A stretch of DNA of 63,528 nt, the filler included, from Octopus bimaculoides (lineage: Eukaryota): assembly GCF_001194135.2 (NCBI RefSeq). It is 4 parts of 4 records of this genome, joined end to end, with 100 filler letters (N's around TTAATTAATTAA, not from the genome) between each part and the next. Parts side by side here need not be neighbours in the genome. Positions count along the whole stretch, not along the records: positions 46,819 to 58,793 come from NC_069005.1; positions 58,894 to 63,528 come from NC_069001.1; 2 more parts are not named here. One strand, written 5' to 3'. A program made the position numbers and the translations under genes. The notes under the pieces were generated by a model that did not search any database, was not told the DNA's origin, and saw only the letters and a program-made list of their open reading frames with translations. Shown here piece by piece: positions 49,601 to 62,030 of the stretch. Each line of letters opens with the position of its first letter. Within the stretch, counting starts at the first letter, position 1.

Positions 49601-49819
49601 ACAGACTAAAACATATTAAGATAAAGCATGCTTATCTTTGGGAAGATAATGATTCATCTAAAGGACTGGACTGGTGTAGTGTAGGTATTAGAACATAACA
49701 GAGGAGTGTGAAATAATACTGAGAAAAATAAGGTTAAATTGGATGGAATAAAGGTAGATAAAAACAAAACAACAAACAAACAAAAGTAAAAACAACAACC
49801 CTGACTGAAATTAATTTAC

Positions 49820-50010
49820 CTTCCTAGCTGCAACTGCTTCATAGGCAATGTTTTTAGCTGTTTTGGCAGCCATTTCCTTGAGAAGATTTGGCGGTAAAAT
49901 CACTCCTTGAGAGTCGACAGATTCCTCATTGTTATCTGCCAATGTGCGTACAGTTAATCGATCAGGCATGCGACCACAACAATCGTTGCTCGTGAGTAAT
50001 ATGTGATCAT
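49820..50010 (-). CDS. RIMBP2: RIMBP2-like exon, FN3 repeat 3 C-terminal part (191 nt, phase 1-0)
   Basis: ctttcccag|AT GAT CAC...AGG AAG|gtaaat. Translates NDHILLTSNDCCGRMPDRLTVRTLADNNEESVDSQGVILPPNLLKEMAAKTAKNIAYEAVAARK; 'TVRTL...ESVDS...PP.LL' matches the RIMBP2 FN3-3 end. Confidence 0.92.
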
Positions 50011-51033
50011 CTGGGAAAGAAAGAGAAAAAAAAAAAATCAATAAATAAATTTGAAAATAAATGATAAAATGACTCGAGTCTTAGAGTTTTTATTACCAGA
50101 AAATTGAATTAATCTTATGTATGAAAGTTACAAAATACTAAACCTGGGTACCAGTATTATTTCACTGTACATAATACAGAAGGACTCCTCTCTCTTAGAA
50201 TGCTAATTCAAACTACCAATATCAACAGTCAAAACTACATGATCATACACAAGCTCCTTCCAGCAGCTTTCTGTCAAATACAAACAGATTGAGTAACAAA
50301 ATGGATGTAAGACGTACTGACTATCTCATCATATTACACAACAGAGAGAGAAAGCATTTCCTATTTAACTTTAATTAATTAAAATTTGGGGGTTGTCTCT
50401 ATCTCTGTCTTTCTTTTTTAGTAATGGGTACCTGTAGAAAATCCATCACTACCTCCTTGAAACCCATGAACAACAAGACTATTGGTGAATAAAAGACTGG
50501 GGCCAAACACTCGCTCACTATATTTTTGAGAACAAGAGATAAGGGAGTATGTGTAACCTTGGTACAGAACAGTTATCTCAAGGGATTTCAGTCCTAAAGT
50601 GTTTTCTTTTTTTTTTCTCAACAATATCTTTTGCTGATACACACACACGCACATATTTATCTTTTATTGGTTTTAGTCATTGGACTGTGGCCATGCTGGA
50701 CACGACCTTGGGATGGGACTTAGTTGAACAAACTGACTACAGTATGTATTGTCTTTTATAGTTTGGTACCCATTCTATCAGCCTCTTTTGAGGAACTGCT
50801 AAGTAATGGAGGCATAAACAAGCCAACTCTGGTTGTTAAGTAGTAATGGGGTGGGGAGCACAAACACCGACACAAAGGCACATACAACACACGAGGCTTC
50901 TACACAGACTCCATCCACAAAGCATTAGCTGGCCTCACCTACGTACCATGCTGTGGGACTGAACCTGAAACCACATGGTCGGGAAATGAACTTTTTATCT
51001 ACACAGCCATGCATAAAATTAATTTCTACTTAC

Positions 51034-51210
51034 TTATTGGACCGTTGACTTCCTTTAACTTTTTGCCATCAGCGTATATGACATAACCTTTGATGATGCC
51101 AGATGGAGAAATTCCAGATGCATTGATTGTTACTGGAAGCCATGTTAGCAGGACAGTACCTTCTTGTGGTCCCACTTCAACTTGAACATCAAGTGGAGGA
51201 TCAGGTAAAC
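51034..51210 (-). CDS. RIMBP2: RIMBP2-like exon, FN3 repeat 3 N-terminal part (177 nt, phase 1-1)
   Basis: ttttttag|GT TTA CCT...CCA ATA A|gtaagt. Translates GLPDPPLDVQVEVGPQEGTVLLTWLPVTINASGISPSGIIKGYVIYADGKKLKEVNGPI, the characteristic RIMBP FN3-3 start. Confidence 0.95.
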
Positions 51211-52654
51211 CTAAAAAAATAAATAAATATGTCATCTTTTATCTTTTACTTATTTCAATATTTCAGTCATCAGATAGTGGTCATGCTGGGGCACTGCCTT
51301 GAAGGGTTTAGTTGAGTAAATCAACCCTAATATTTATGTTTCTTTTTTTTTTAAAGCCTGGTAATTATTCCATTGGCATCTTTTGCTGAACTGCTAAGTT
51401 ATGGGGATGTAAACAAACTGACACCAGTTGTCAAGTAGTGGTGGGGAACAAACATAACTCAAGCACAAACAGAGATCCAAGCTTTTCAACCACAAGAAAT
51501 CAGGAGAAATCAAAAAATATCTTGAAAAATAAATTGAATTTTGAGAGTTAATATTTATCCCCACTCACTGACATTACCCATCCAGCAGAGCATGCTGGTT
51601 TCACTTCTTTCAAGCCTTTGCAAGTCCTCTGTAGTCATAGCCCATGTTTTATTGCCATGTAGCACAGCTGTATGCACATGGGCATCATGCGATCTGTCTT
51701 TCACTTTGAAAGAGAAGCCTTTAATTACCAACAAAAATAGTAACTCCCTGAACTTTGCTCAGCTTGATCCATTTGTGTAATGAATACACAAGCTGGCAAC
51801 ACTGGATGGTGACAAGCTGGGAGAAGCAGCAGGAGAACATCAGTTGCTTTCTAGCTTTTGCTCAGTGCACATCCCAGCTCAAATTCAGGTGCCTTCTCTT
51901 GAATTTTCTATGGGAAAAATAGTTTTGGTTTACAAGCATTTTAGATGATGAACGGCCTTCAGGAACCAATTAAATTAATAAATTGAGGTTTCACAGTACA
52001 TGAGATAGTGGATCAGTTGTAGAAAACAAAAGACTCGGTTATAATCTTACAAGATAGCAGGCATGATAGACGTTTCTGAACCATATATCCTACTGGAAAA
52101 TTAATTGCAATATTTGACTCATCCAAAACAATGCAACCAATAATTATGTAGAGGGAAACTATACCAAAGCCTGTTGTGTATGAGTGTGTGTTCTTGTCTG
52201 TGATTGTTTGTCCTGTATATAACTTTAAACTGCAAATGGTTGTGGGGGCTCTGATCCATGCATTCCAGAGTTTTGAGGAATGTGGAACTATCTCTTAGTT
52301 ACTATTGTGACTAAGATTGTCTGGAGACAAGAGGACATGTGTTTCTGTCTCAGTAGCCATCATCAGTGCAGCATTTATGTTATTTTATCATTTAAAACTC
52401 TTTCTAAACTAAATTGCTTCAGACTACTCCTGTTTCTATGATACAAACTACTCATTTTACAGTGAGCTAAATTAAAATTCCAGCAAATTTTCATGTCAAC
52501 TGTGTTCCAAATACCAGTTTAATAATGATGAATTTCTTTAACTAAATTTTTCATTCTTTTCAAGCCGGACCAGAAAGAAAGAAAGACAGGTTATTTTAAA
52601 AGAAATATGGTTAGAAAAAGGTTAAACATTGAAACAGTAGAAATATTTCAGTAC

Positions 52655-52786
52655 CTCCAGCTAAAGTTTTAAATTCTATCCGTTCTGTGAGTTGTTCTTT
52701 CCTTTCGTCACTGCGTTCTTCTTCAAAATTAGACAGAAGACTTTTGGCTCGAACAGAGACAGTATGTGATGTAGCTGGAGTTAAGC
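52655..52786 (-). CDS. RIMBP2: RIMBP2-like exon, FN3 repeat 2 C-terminal part (132 nt, phase 1-1)
   Basis: tttcag|GC TTA ACT...GCT GGA G|gtactg. Translates GLTPATSHTVSVRAKSLLSNFEEERSDERKEQLTERIEFKTLAG. Lies within ORF 52611..52802 and is in frame with both neighbouring exons. Confidence 0.9.
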
Positions 52787-53595
52787 CTGAAACAAGATGC
52801 ATTAGGATCTAATATATACAGACAGAAACAAAAGTGAGATGAAAAATAAGGTAAAATCAATATTCATGTCGTTGCACCTGCCATAAAGCCACCTCCATCA
52901 ATACTACAATTCCACTCGGTTGAGGAGGTCTTGTCTTGCAAATTACTTAGTGATATCATTGATTGTGGTGCCATGTAAAAAGTGACCAGTACACTCTGTA
53001 AAGGTGTTGGCATTAAGATGGGTATCCAGCTGTAGAAACCAGTGGATTTTCTTCTCTCTGATATTTATTGCTCTTAACACAGCAAGCTCTGAGATGTTCT
53101 TTGAGGACAAAATTCTTTTTTCACTGCTTTCATGGATTCTCATGACTCACTGTTGCCATCCAATTCCATTATTATGAATTTGAATTGGGAGCTTGAGTCA
53201 AAGTGAATCTTACATCAGTTGATTACACAACTATGGACACCTATGTAGCTGTTGCAGTTACTCTCTTGATAGAGCTTGATGATCCTGACCATTGATCTTC
53301 TAAGATTCCTCTGCTCAACATCAAAGTAAGAAGCACCACATAAGAAGCCCCTCTGCTAGTGCCACATAGAAAGCTCTCATGCTGACATCAAGTACCAAAA
53401 GTACCCAGTACATTCTGTGGAATAGTTTGGGTTAAAAACCATGCCAAAACAGATGACTGGAGCCTGGTGCAGTACTTTGGCTTGCCAGCTCCGGTCACAT
53501 CATCCTAGCCATGCCAGCATGGAAAATTGACTTTAAATATTATGATGATGACGACAATGACGGTATGTCAAAGTATATTTAAGGAAGATGTATAC

Positions 53596-53757
53596 CTGTC
53601 AAAATATATTCATAAACTCCAGGGTTGACAACCCGTACTTCCTGCTCGTTGACACAGATGACATGTTGGTAATTACTGTTGCCAGGCAACCAAGAAAGGA
53701 CTGCACCATTAGCTGAGATATGACTAACTTTCAAATCAGAAGGAACTGGAATAACAT
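53596..53757 (-). CDS. RIMBP2: RIMBP2-like exon, FN3 repeat 2 N-terminal part (162 nt, phase 1-1)
   Basis: cttatttgtag|AT GTT ATT CCA...TTG ACA G|gtatac. Translates DVIPVPSDLKVSHISANGAVLSWLPGNSNYQHVICVNEQEVRVVNPGVYEYILT; the 'LSWLP.NSNY.HVI' motif is typical of RIMBP2 FN3-2. Confidence 0.93.
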
Positions 53758-53857
53758 CTACAAATAAGAAGAATGTTAGAATTAGTTTTGCATGACAGAA
53801 AGAGAAAAGAAAAAGGAAAAAAAAACCCCTTTTAATTGCTCAGGATATGCAGTCCCC

Positions 53858-54089
53858 TTAACCCCTTTTTAGCATTATAATCAGTCATATCAGGACCTAA
53901 TATTCTACATGCTTTATATTCAAATAGGGTAGATCTGATCTCTTATACCTATCCTACAATGTCATTCTGAAAAATAGACAACCACATCAATGAAATCTTA
54001 AAAGTACAAGTTAATGCAGGATTAATTTAAAATAATGTGAATAAATATGCATTACATTTGACAGATTAATCTGAATGCCAAACAGTTAA
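53858..54089. mobile_element. piggyBac-type MITE with TTAA at both ends
   Basis: TTAACCCCTTTTTAGCATT...AATGCCAAACAGTTAA. Same family as 6039-6238. Confidence 0.7.
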
Positions 54090-54978
54090 TCCTACAATTT
54101 CCCCATGGGGCACTATGTACTTAGCCTTGGTTTTACATTATGAATCAGGTAAAAGACTTCATCACTGTATCAATAAAAGATCATGAGGTAAAAGCCACAC
54201 TGTTCTGCCAATTGCAATCTATGGCAGCAAGACATGAAATACATTTATCTTTTTTTTTTAAATTCATCCTTGTTGGGTTCTTCCTTTGGGGGCCAGAGTG
54301 AGTCTGGATCCTAGTTAGAGGCTTTCTACACAGAAGGACTACATAATCCATGTTGTCACATATTTTGTATATTATGTATACTTTTTATCTCCCTTCTTTC
54401 ACCTCTCCTTCCTCCCACCATTAAATTGTAAACTGTTTTTGTAATGTCTTCCTCATCAGATACTCTTGTGGCAAATTAAAAAAAAATCATTATTAGCGCT
54501 GTTGTTATTATTATCATTATTATCATCATCATTAAGGCAGCAAGCAGGCAGAATCATTAACATACTAGGTGAAATGCTTAGTGGCATTTAGTCCATCTGC
54601 ACATTCTGAGTTCAAATTCCAGCAAGGTCGACTATACCTTCCATTCTTTTGGGGTCAATAAATTAAGTACCAGTTGAGTACTGGGGTTAATATAATCAAC
54701 TTAATCTCTCCCCACAAATTTCAGGCTTTGTGCCTATAGTAAAAAGGATTATAATTATTATCATCAAAGCAGTGAGCTGACAGAATCTTTAGCATGCCAG
54801 GCAAAATGATTAGCAGCATTTTGTTTGTCTTTATGTTCCAAGTTCAAATTCCACCAAGGTCAATTTTTGCCTTTCATTCTTTGAGTGTCAATAAAATAAG
54901 TACCAGTTGAACACTGGAGTTGATGTAATCAACTTGCCCCCACCCCTGAATTACTGGCCTTGTGCTAAAATTTGAAAC

Positions 54979-55009
<31 letters not shown>

Positions 55010-58000
55010 TTGATTTATCTCAGGTTCAGTCTTATTCCTGGTAGGGATTCTGTGGATAGCGGGTTACTACCTGTGACCTTAGGTATCCACAAATTTTTAG
55101 CAGTCTTTCAAGTGCTTAGGACCCTCCTGATAATCCTTGCTGTTCCTAAAAGACAAACTTTCTGTAGGAGCTCTACCGGGTATTCTATTCCAATCTCCTT
55201 CAGTCACTGGTCTATATCTTGGTTTACTGTTCCCAATGCACCAATTATTATAGGCACCACCTTTACTGTTCACATGCTCCATTTTAAGGGATTGTATTTT
55301 CTTTGTTTTTCTTCCTCTTCCTTTACGATCCTGGAACAGGCATGATGGGTCACTAAGTAAGTAGCTTCGCTTTTATTTGTCTATGATTGTAATATCTGAT
55401 CTAATGTTTTCTAATTTCTTGTCTGCTTGAATTGGAAAGTCCCACAAAATCTTACATTTCTCCAACTCCAGTATTCTTTCAACTCTATGATTGTACCATG
55501 TATTTCCAGCTTCAAATCCCCATTTATGACACAGTTTTCAGTGTAAAACTTTTACAACCTGGATGTGCCTCCATTTCTTATATTCTTCCTGTGTCAACTT
55601 GGGGCATTCTGTCACAATGTGTGCCACTGTCTCGTTCCAAGTTCCACAGGCTCTACATTTTTCTGACACATTGTCTCCATATATATTTTTTCTTGATTTG
55701 TTTGTTTATATTGCCTGATCTTAGGCTGCTACAATTAGGCTCTCTGTTTCTCTTTTTTTAACTGCTCCTTCTTTTAACCAAGTCCAGGATTTTGTCCCAC
55801 ATACGTCTTCAGTGGGTCTTCAGAATTGGCCATGCAAAGGTTTCTTTTCAATCTGTCTGACATGCTCTCTTTGTATTTCATTTTTGTCTTTTTCTCCTAT
55901 TATGCACTTCATCACCTGTTCTTTCTTAACTACTTTTAGTAATTTTTCGGTGCTGCTCTGTAAATACTCTACTAGACTTTCTCTTTCCATCTGTACACAG
56001 TTTTCTATTGCTATTAAGCCTCTTCCACCCTGGTCTCTCCTCAAGTACAGCTGGTTGATATTAGCTTTTGGATGGTGGGCTCCATATATTGTCAACAACT
56101 TCCTAGTTTTTTCTGTTAAGTTTCTTTACTTCATTTCTAATCCAATCTATAATTTCAACTCCATATCTGATTAAGGGCACTGCTCCTGAATTTATTGCTT
56201 CAATGAAATTTTTGGAATTCAGCTTTGACTGTAATAACTTCCTGACTCTCCTTGCATACTCTCTACATGTAATTTGTTTCATTTCTTCATTTTTTTAATC
56301 TCATTTGCTTCCACTATTCCCAAGTACTTATACCACTGTCCTTTCTCAACCGCTCTCATTGTTTACCCATTTGACTTTTCAATTCCCTAGCTTCTTTCAA
56401 TCTTCTTCGTTTCATTTTCAAAACAGCACACTTTTCTATCCCAAAAGTCCATACCTACGTTATTTGAGAAAATGTGGATAGTATTACAAGACTTTCAAGC
56501 TGTTTCTAATTCTTTTTTTACATAAACCGTTATATCATCCATGAAAAGGAGATGATTTATCTGACCATTTCCTTTTCCCAAATTGTAAGCAATTTTAACC
56601 TTTCATAGTGTCATAGTGAGCGGTGTTGTGGCCAATATGAATAGTAATGGAGATAAGCTATGACCTTGGAATATTCCACATCGGATGTTCATTTTTCTGA
56701 GTTTTTGTTTTTCTCTGATCAATTTGGTATTCCAATGTTTCATATTTTCATTCAGCATTTTCTCCATGTTTTTTTCCTATTCCAAACATGCTCATTGTTT
56801 TACTTATCCAACTGTGTGGTACCATGTCAGTTGTTTTTATGTAATCTAGTCCTGCAACATTTAGTCCTGTCAATCTGCATCTACAATTTCTAATTATCAT
56901 TTTATCAACTAATAAGTGATCTTTTGTTGCCTTACTTTGTTTCCTGCATCCTTTCTGTTCTTCTGGAAGTAAATTGTTACTTTCCAGATGGTGGTCTAAC
57001 TCATCAGTCAAGACACCAGTCATTAGTGGTAGGCAGGTTATAGGTTGAAAATTTGATGTCAAGTTACCTTTGAAGGGATCCTTGATGCATAGCAGCGTTT
57101 GTCCATTTGTCATCCAGGTGGGGATGTGACCTTGCTGCAAGCATCATCCAGTTGTGCAGCAATCCTTTCTAGCAACTGTGTAAAATTCTTCAGCCAATGG
57201 CTTTGTACTCCATCTGGGCCTGGTCCTTTCCAATTTGCTATTTTTTAAACTTCTGTCTCACTGTTTCAACTAGCAATAACCACGCCTCGGATTTACCTCA
57301 CTGGCCATGGTACCGCCTCTAGATTAATTCTGATGTCCTTTTGTTTTGGTACAGTTGCAAGTTGTCTTTCCACCTTTGTTAGCCACTCTGCATTTTCTTT
57401 ATGTCTCACCAGCCTATTCCACAGCTTTCCCCAAAATTCTTTATTTTCTTCCACATCTGGAATCAGTTCCTGGTGTTGTCTACCTTCTATTTCCTCAAAT
57501 AGATGCCTCTGTTTGATTGGAACAGTCTATTCTGTTTGAAACCTTTGCATCTGGCATCATATCTTTTCAATTTGGCCTTTAATGCTGTCACCTTTTGTGT
57601 CAATTCATCATGTACCATTTGATTTCATCTTGCTTCTAACCTGTACTGTCCATTTAATTTTCTGATTACTACCTTATTTTTTAGCTCTCCTCTCATTATC
57701 CTATTCAATTGCCCCACTTCTTTCCATGTCTTTTCCAGCTTCATATGTATTCTCTTCCTCCGGTTCAGCTCTTTCTTTTCATTTGCTTTCATATCTTCAA
57801 TCTTTTGTTTGTAGCCTACTATGTTAGCTACGAAATTAGCAGCAGCTATGATTAGCTGGTTTGTTTTACTAATGTTTCCTGTATTAATGATGCTTAAAAC
57901 ATCATTTACTTTGTGTGTGGCTTTCCCCACTCGTTTTCTGTCCATATATCTTACATTTGGTGGTACTTCATTGTTCCCATTAGTCATTTTACCTCACAAC

Positions 58001-58175
58001 ATTTCTAAAATCTTCTTCTCATCATTTAAGTCTTGTGCAGTACTTACTGTCACTTGTCTATCTAGATCTGCTTCATTAGTTACTTTATCAATATTCTCTG
58101 GTACTCTGCGGTTTCCATCTGTTTCATGTTCTTCATCTCTTACCCCTTCATTACTGCTTTCTACTACTGCTGTAT
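55010..58175 (-). mobile_element. R4/Dong-clade (RLE-type) LINE, 5'-truncated and decayed (about 3.2 kb)
   Basis: ORF pieces 57625..57987, 56748..57140 (IPTWMT.GQT.L..KDP...NFQPITCLP; EEQKGCRK...KDHLLVDKMI; DMVPHSWI), 55820..56098 (HPKANINQLYLRRDQGGRGL...KKPLHGQF) and an RSDITIIDK PD-D-like remnant near 55380-55410. (TAA)n at both ends. Confidence 0.85.
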
Positions 58176-58400
58176 TGTTATTATTATTATATTACATTAA
58201 AAGAAATCATTATTATTATTATTATTATTAGTTCAACCTCACTATAAGAGTTCTACATTCTGATATCCTCCTCTTTCTTCTACATTTATAGCTGACAAAT
58301 AATTTTGACAAATTTTTTCCCCCCTACATATCAATAATCAAGTTTAAAAAAAAAAAAATCAAATGTGTCTATCCATAACAGTCAATATCACTGCACTTAC

Positions 58401-58479
58401 CTTTACCAACTAACATTGTACACTGTTGTGGAGCCGATCTGCCGAGTGTGGTCAAACATAATACACAGACTCGACAAGT
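58401..58479 (-). CDS. RIMBP2: RIMS-binding protein 2-like, exon ending FN3 repeat 1 (79 nt, phase 0-1)
   Basis: Minus strand: ttttttatag|ACT TGT CGA...GTT GGT AAA G|gtaagt. Translates TCRVCVLCLTTLGRSAPQQCTMLVGK, matching the RIMBP2 '...CTLLVGKD' FN3-1/FN3-2 junction. Splices in frame to the 53757 exon (G+AT=Asp). Not in the ORF track. Confidence 0.9.
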
Positions 58480-59714
58480 CTATAAAAAATGAAAATTGAA
58501 AAATAAATTTAAAAAAAAAAGACAGTAAATAAATTGCCAAAGATAAATATTTTACTCTTTATATGTCTCAGTTATTAGATTGCAGCCATGCTGGGGTACT
58601 TCCTTGAAGAAATTTTTGTCAAATGAATCGACCTCAGTTGTCAAGCGATGTTGGGGGGGACAAACACAGACACACAAATATATACACACACACACATATT
58701 CTTTAACAAATAAACAACAGGGTGTACGGTGTGATGCATAGATAAATCGAAGGTAGGACAGAAAGAACAAAAAAAGCAGAAATCAACAAAACANNNNNNN
58801 NNNNNNNNNNNNNNNNNNNNNNNNNNNNNNNNNNNNNTTAATTAATTAANNNNNNNNNNNNNNNNNNNNNNNNNNNNNNNNNNNNNNNNNNNNAGAAAAC
58901 AAGGACGGGTCATTCGGAGTTTTCTTTCCTCAGTCGAGTTCCAAAATATCTTTGCAATTTCGGCTGGTTATACTGGAGATTGCTCCAATCTGGTCCGCTC
59001 CAAGGAAAAACTAAGCTAAGAGCATTAGATTCCTTGGAAGAAAGCAGCGAATGTATATGAAAACAAGGACGGGAAAAAAAACGGAGAAGGTTACAGAAAT
59101 ACAAATAACAGGACATAACAACAGGTATCTTTCGACTAAGGACGAATTATATTATGCTGGAGAGGGGGCATCATTTGGAAGCTGCAACAATGCAAGGAAG
59201 CGCATTGTGACCAGCGGTGTATAACAATATCCGATAGTCTGGTCAATGCAGTAATTATATTATATCATATACAACATTTAATAAGTATATGTTTGTGTGT
59301 GTGATAACAAATGAATATAAATAATACATCAGGCAGAAATTATATCCTGGTACTGTTAAAATACACATAAAAACGTTGTTTTCTTTTTTATGTCTATCAA
59401 CTTATGTGTAGCGAGGCGCTCGAACGATTCAGATGTAGAACAATGGAGAAAAACTTAACATACAAACAGTTCGATAAGTTATTGGAAAAAAAAAAGTGCA
59501 TCCGACGTTATAATAGGAAAAATAGGTTAGAAGAGGATTATGGGAGAAAAACTGAGACACACATATGTGTGTGTGTGTGTATGTGCGAATGTTATATACA
59601 TATATACACATACAGACACAGATACACACACACGTATATAGATTTATAAATATATATATATACATTTATATATATGTTTATATACATATATATATAAATA
59701 TATATGTATGTATA

Positions 59715-59760
<46 letters not shown>

Positions 59761-60624
59761 AGTATATATATATATATATATATATAAATATATATACATA
59801 TATATATGTATGCATATATACATATATATATAAATATATATATATACAAACATACATATGTACATACATAATACATGTATATCCATATATGTATGTATGT
59901 ATGTATGCATATTGTCTTTTATTTTTCCCTTGTTTTGGTCATCTGACTGCGGCCATGCTGGGACACTTCCTTGAAGGGTTTTTTCGTCGAACAAATCATA
60001 TAGCTATGTGTGTGTGTGTCTTTGTGCCTGTGTTTGTCCCCAAGCATCGCTTGACAATTGGTGCCAGCTAATTTACGCCCCTGTAACATTACAGTTCAAT
60101 TATGGTCCAGAAACCTATGTTCAAAGATGACCATTCTGTCTTTTGTTCAGATATCGCATATCCAGCACTACATTATCCAGCATATCATTATTTTTTAAGA
60201 CTACTATATGCGATATTTGGAAGATTTGACTGCTATTTATAGCAGGTCAACGACCATGTAAAGACTCCAAAGTGTTTCTTGGTACGATCCCTCTATTTTG
60301 ACCTTCGTGGACAATTTTGTGAACGTTTGTTAATGGTGTAAGTTAAGTGCACACTAACATAGTTAGTGTGTCGAGCCAAAAGTAGTGATTAATTAATTGA
60401 AATTACACCTTAATGAGAAGAAAAGTGATTAGCGTTAATGAGTATTCCTGTTAATGGAACTGGTTCTTTCATCTTATTTTTAGCGTTCCTAAATCAATGG
60501 CAGCTACCATAATAGGAACAACTCGTTCTTCTTTTTGGAAAATGACAAATAATTCCATCTTATTGCGAGAGCTATCGAGAGTGATACAGACAGAGACAGG
60601 ATAGAGATCTCATTCTTTCTCATA

Positions 60625-61110
60625 GAGATATCGTAAACCTAACACAGACACTCTACTCTCCAACAGAGGCATCCTATTATCTAATAAAGGCATTGTATTA
60701 TCTAAAATAAAGATACTATACCATCTAAAACAGACGCTGTTATCTAACTGAGACACGATATAATGTAACAGAGTCACTGTACTATACAATAAGATATTGT
60801 ATTAATAGACATCGTGTTATCTATTAGAGAAATAACACTTATAAAAACAGTGTGCTAACAGAGACGCTATATGATCTAATAGAAACATTGAGCCACTGTA
60901 TTATCAAGTATAGAGGCTGTTATGTTTCATAAAGGCATTGTACTATCAGAGGGACCTTTTCTATCTGATATAGACACTGTACTATTTAATAGAGACATCG
61001 TGTTATCTATAGCGATTGTGTACTCTCTAACATAGAGATTGGATTAATATAGACACTATACTAATAGAACTACTACTGTCTAATAGATACGCCATACTAT
61101 TTAATAGAGA
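60625..61110. repeat. Degenerate about 21-bp minisatellite, roughly 20-25 units
   Basis: Recurring units such as aatagagacatcgtgttatct, aataaaggcattgtattatct and gatatagacactgtactattt; consensus near AATAGAGACACTGTACTATCT. Confidence 0.75.
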
Positions 61111-61344
61111 GTTGATGTATACATCTACTCGTATATGTATATACATAGGAAAGAGAGAGAGAGAAGCAGACAGAGAGAAACAGAAAGAGAAATAGAGACA
61201 AAATGGGAAACAGAGAAACAAAAACAATTTTACATTAATCTGGTTTAAGAATAATACATGTGTGTGCGTGCGCGCGTGCCTGAGTGTGTGTGTGTATGTG
61301 TGCACGCGTACGTGTGTGTGTGTGTGTGTGTGTTTATGCATGTT

Positions 61345-61600
61345 TGTATCTTGGTGGTTAGGGTATTCTGCTCACAAGCCTCAGGCGACGCGCAGTGTCC
61401 TTGAGCAAGACACTTGGCTCCGGTAGACTCAGCTAGCAAAAATGAGTAGTACCTTTAATTCAAAGGGCCGGCCTTCTCACATTCTGTGTCACGCTCAATC
61501 TCCCTGAGAACTACCTCAAGGGGACGCGAATCTTGGTGAGTGCTCAGCCACTTGCACGTTAATCATATCAACTGGAACCCTCATCGTCGCGACCGACGAA
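61345..61600 (+). mobile_element. tRNA-derived SINE with CORE-like domain
   Basis: ggtggttagggtatt...gtgtccttgagcaagacactt...ctcagctagcaaaaatgagta. Homologous to 6243-6440. Confidence 0.65.
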
Positions 61601-61982
61601 GTGCTCGTATATATGTATATAATATAAAAACATACCTTTTTCTCATTTCTAATTTTTTAGATTTCTACAAGTTTTCCTTTCTATATTCATTTATACGTAT
61701 ATATTTCCCATACGTATATATTTCCCATACGTATATACGTATATATTTCTGTATTCATTTATACGTATATATTTCCCAATGCATTTCCACTCATATTTTT
61801 GTTATTGTTTTTGTTGCTCTTGTTGTTATTGTTGTTGTAGTTACAAATACGTCTTCAACATCAGAACATAGTTATGTGATCAACGACACGTGCCACACTC
61901 TGAGAAGTAACAAGGAATGTTTTCATGACCGGATGTATGCTTAAGAATATTCTTTCTTATTCGTGTCTGCACCCGCGCACGC

Positions 61983-62030
<48 letters not shown>

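Noticed and set aside
60625-61110. Regularly spaced repeats as a possible CRISPR array
   Set aside because: Eukaryotic context, degenerate contiguous units, no unique spacers and no cas genes.
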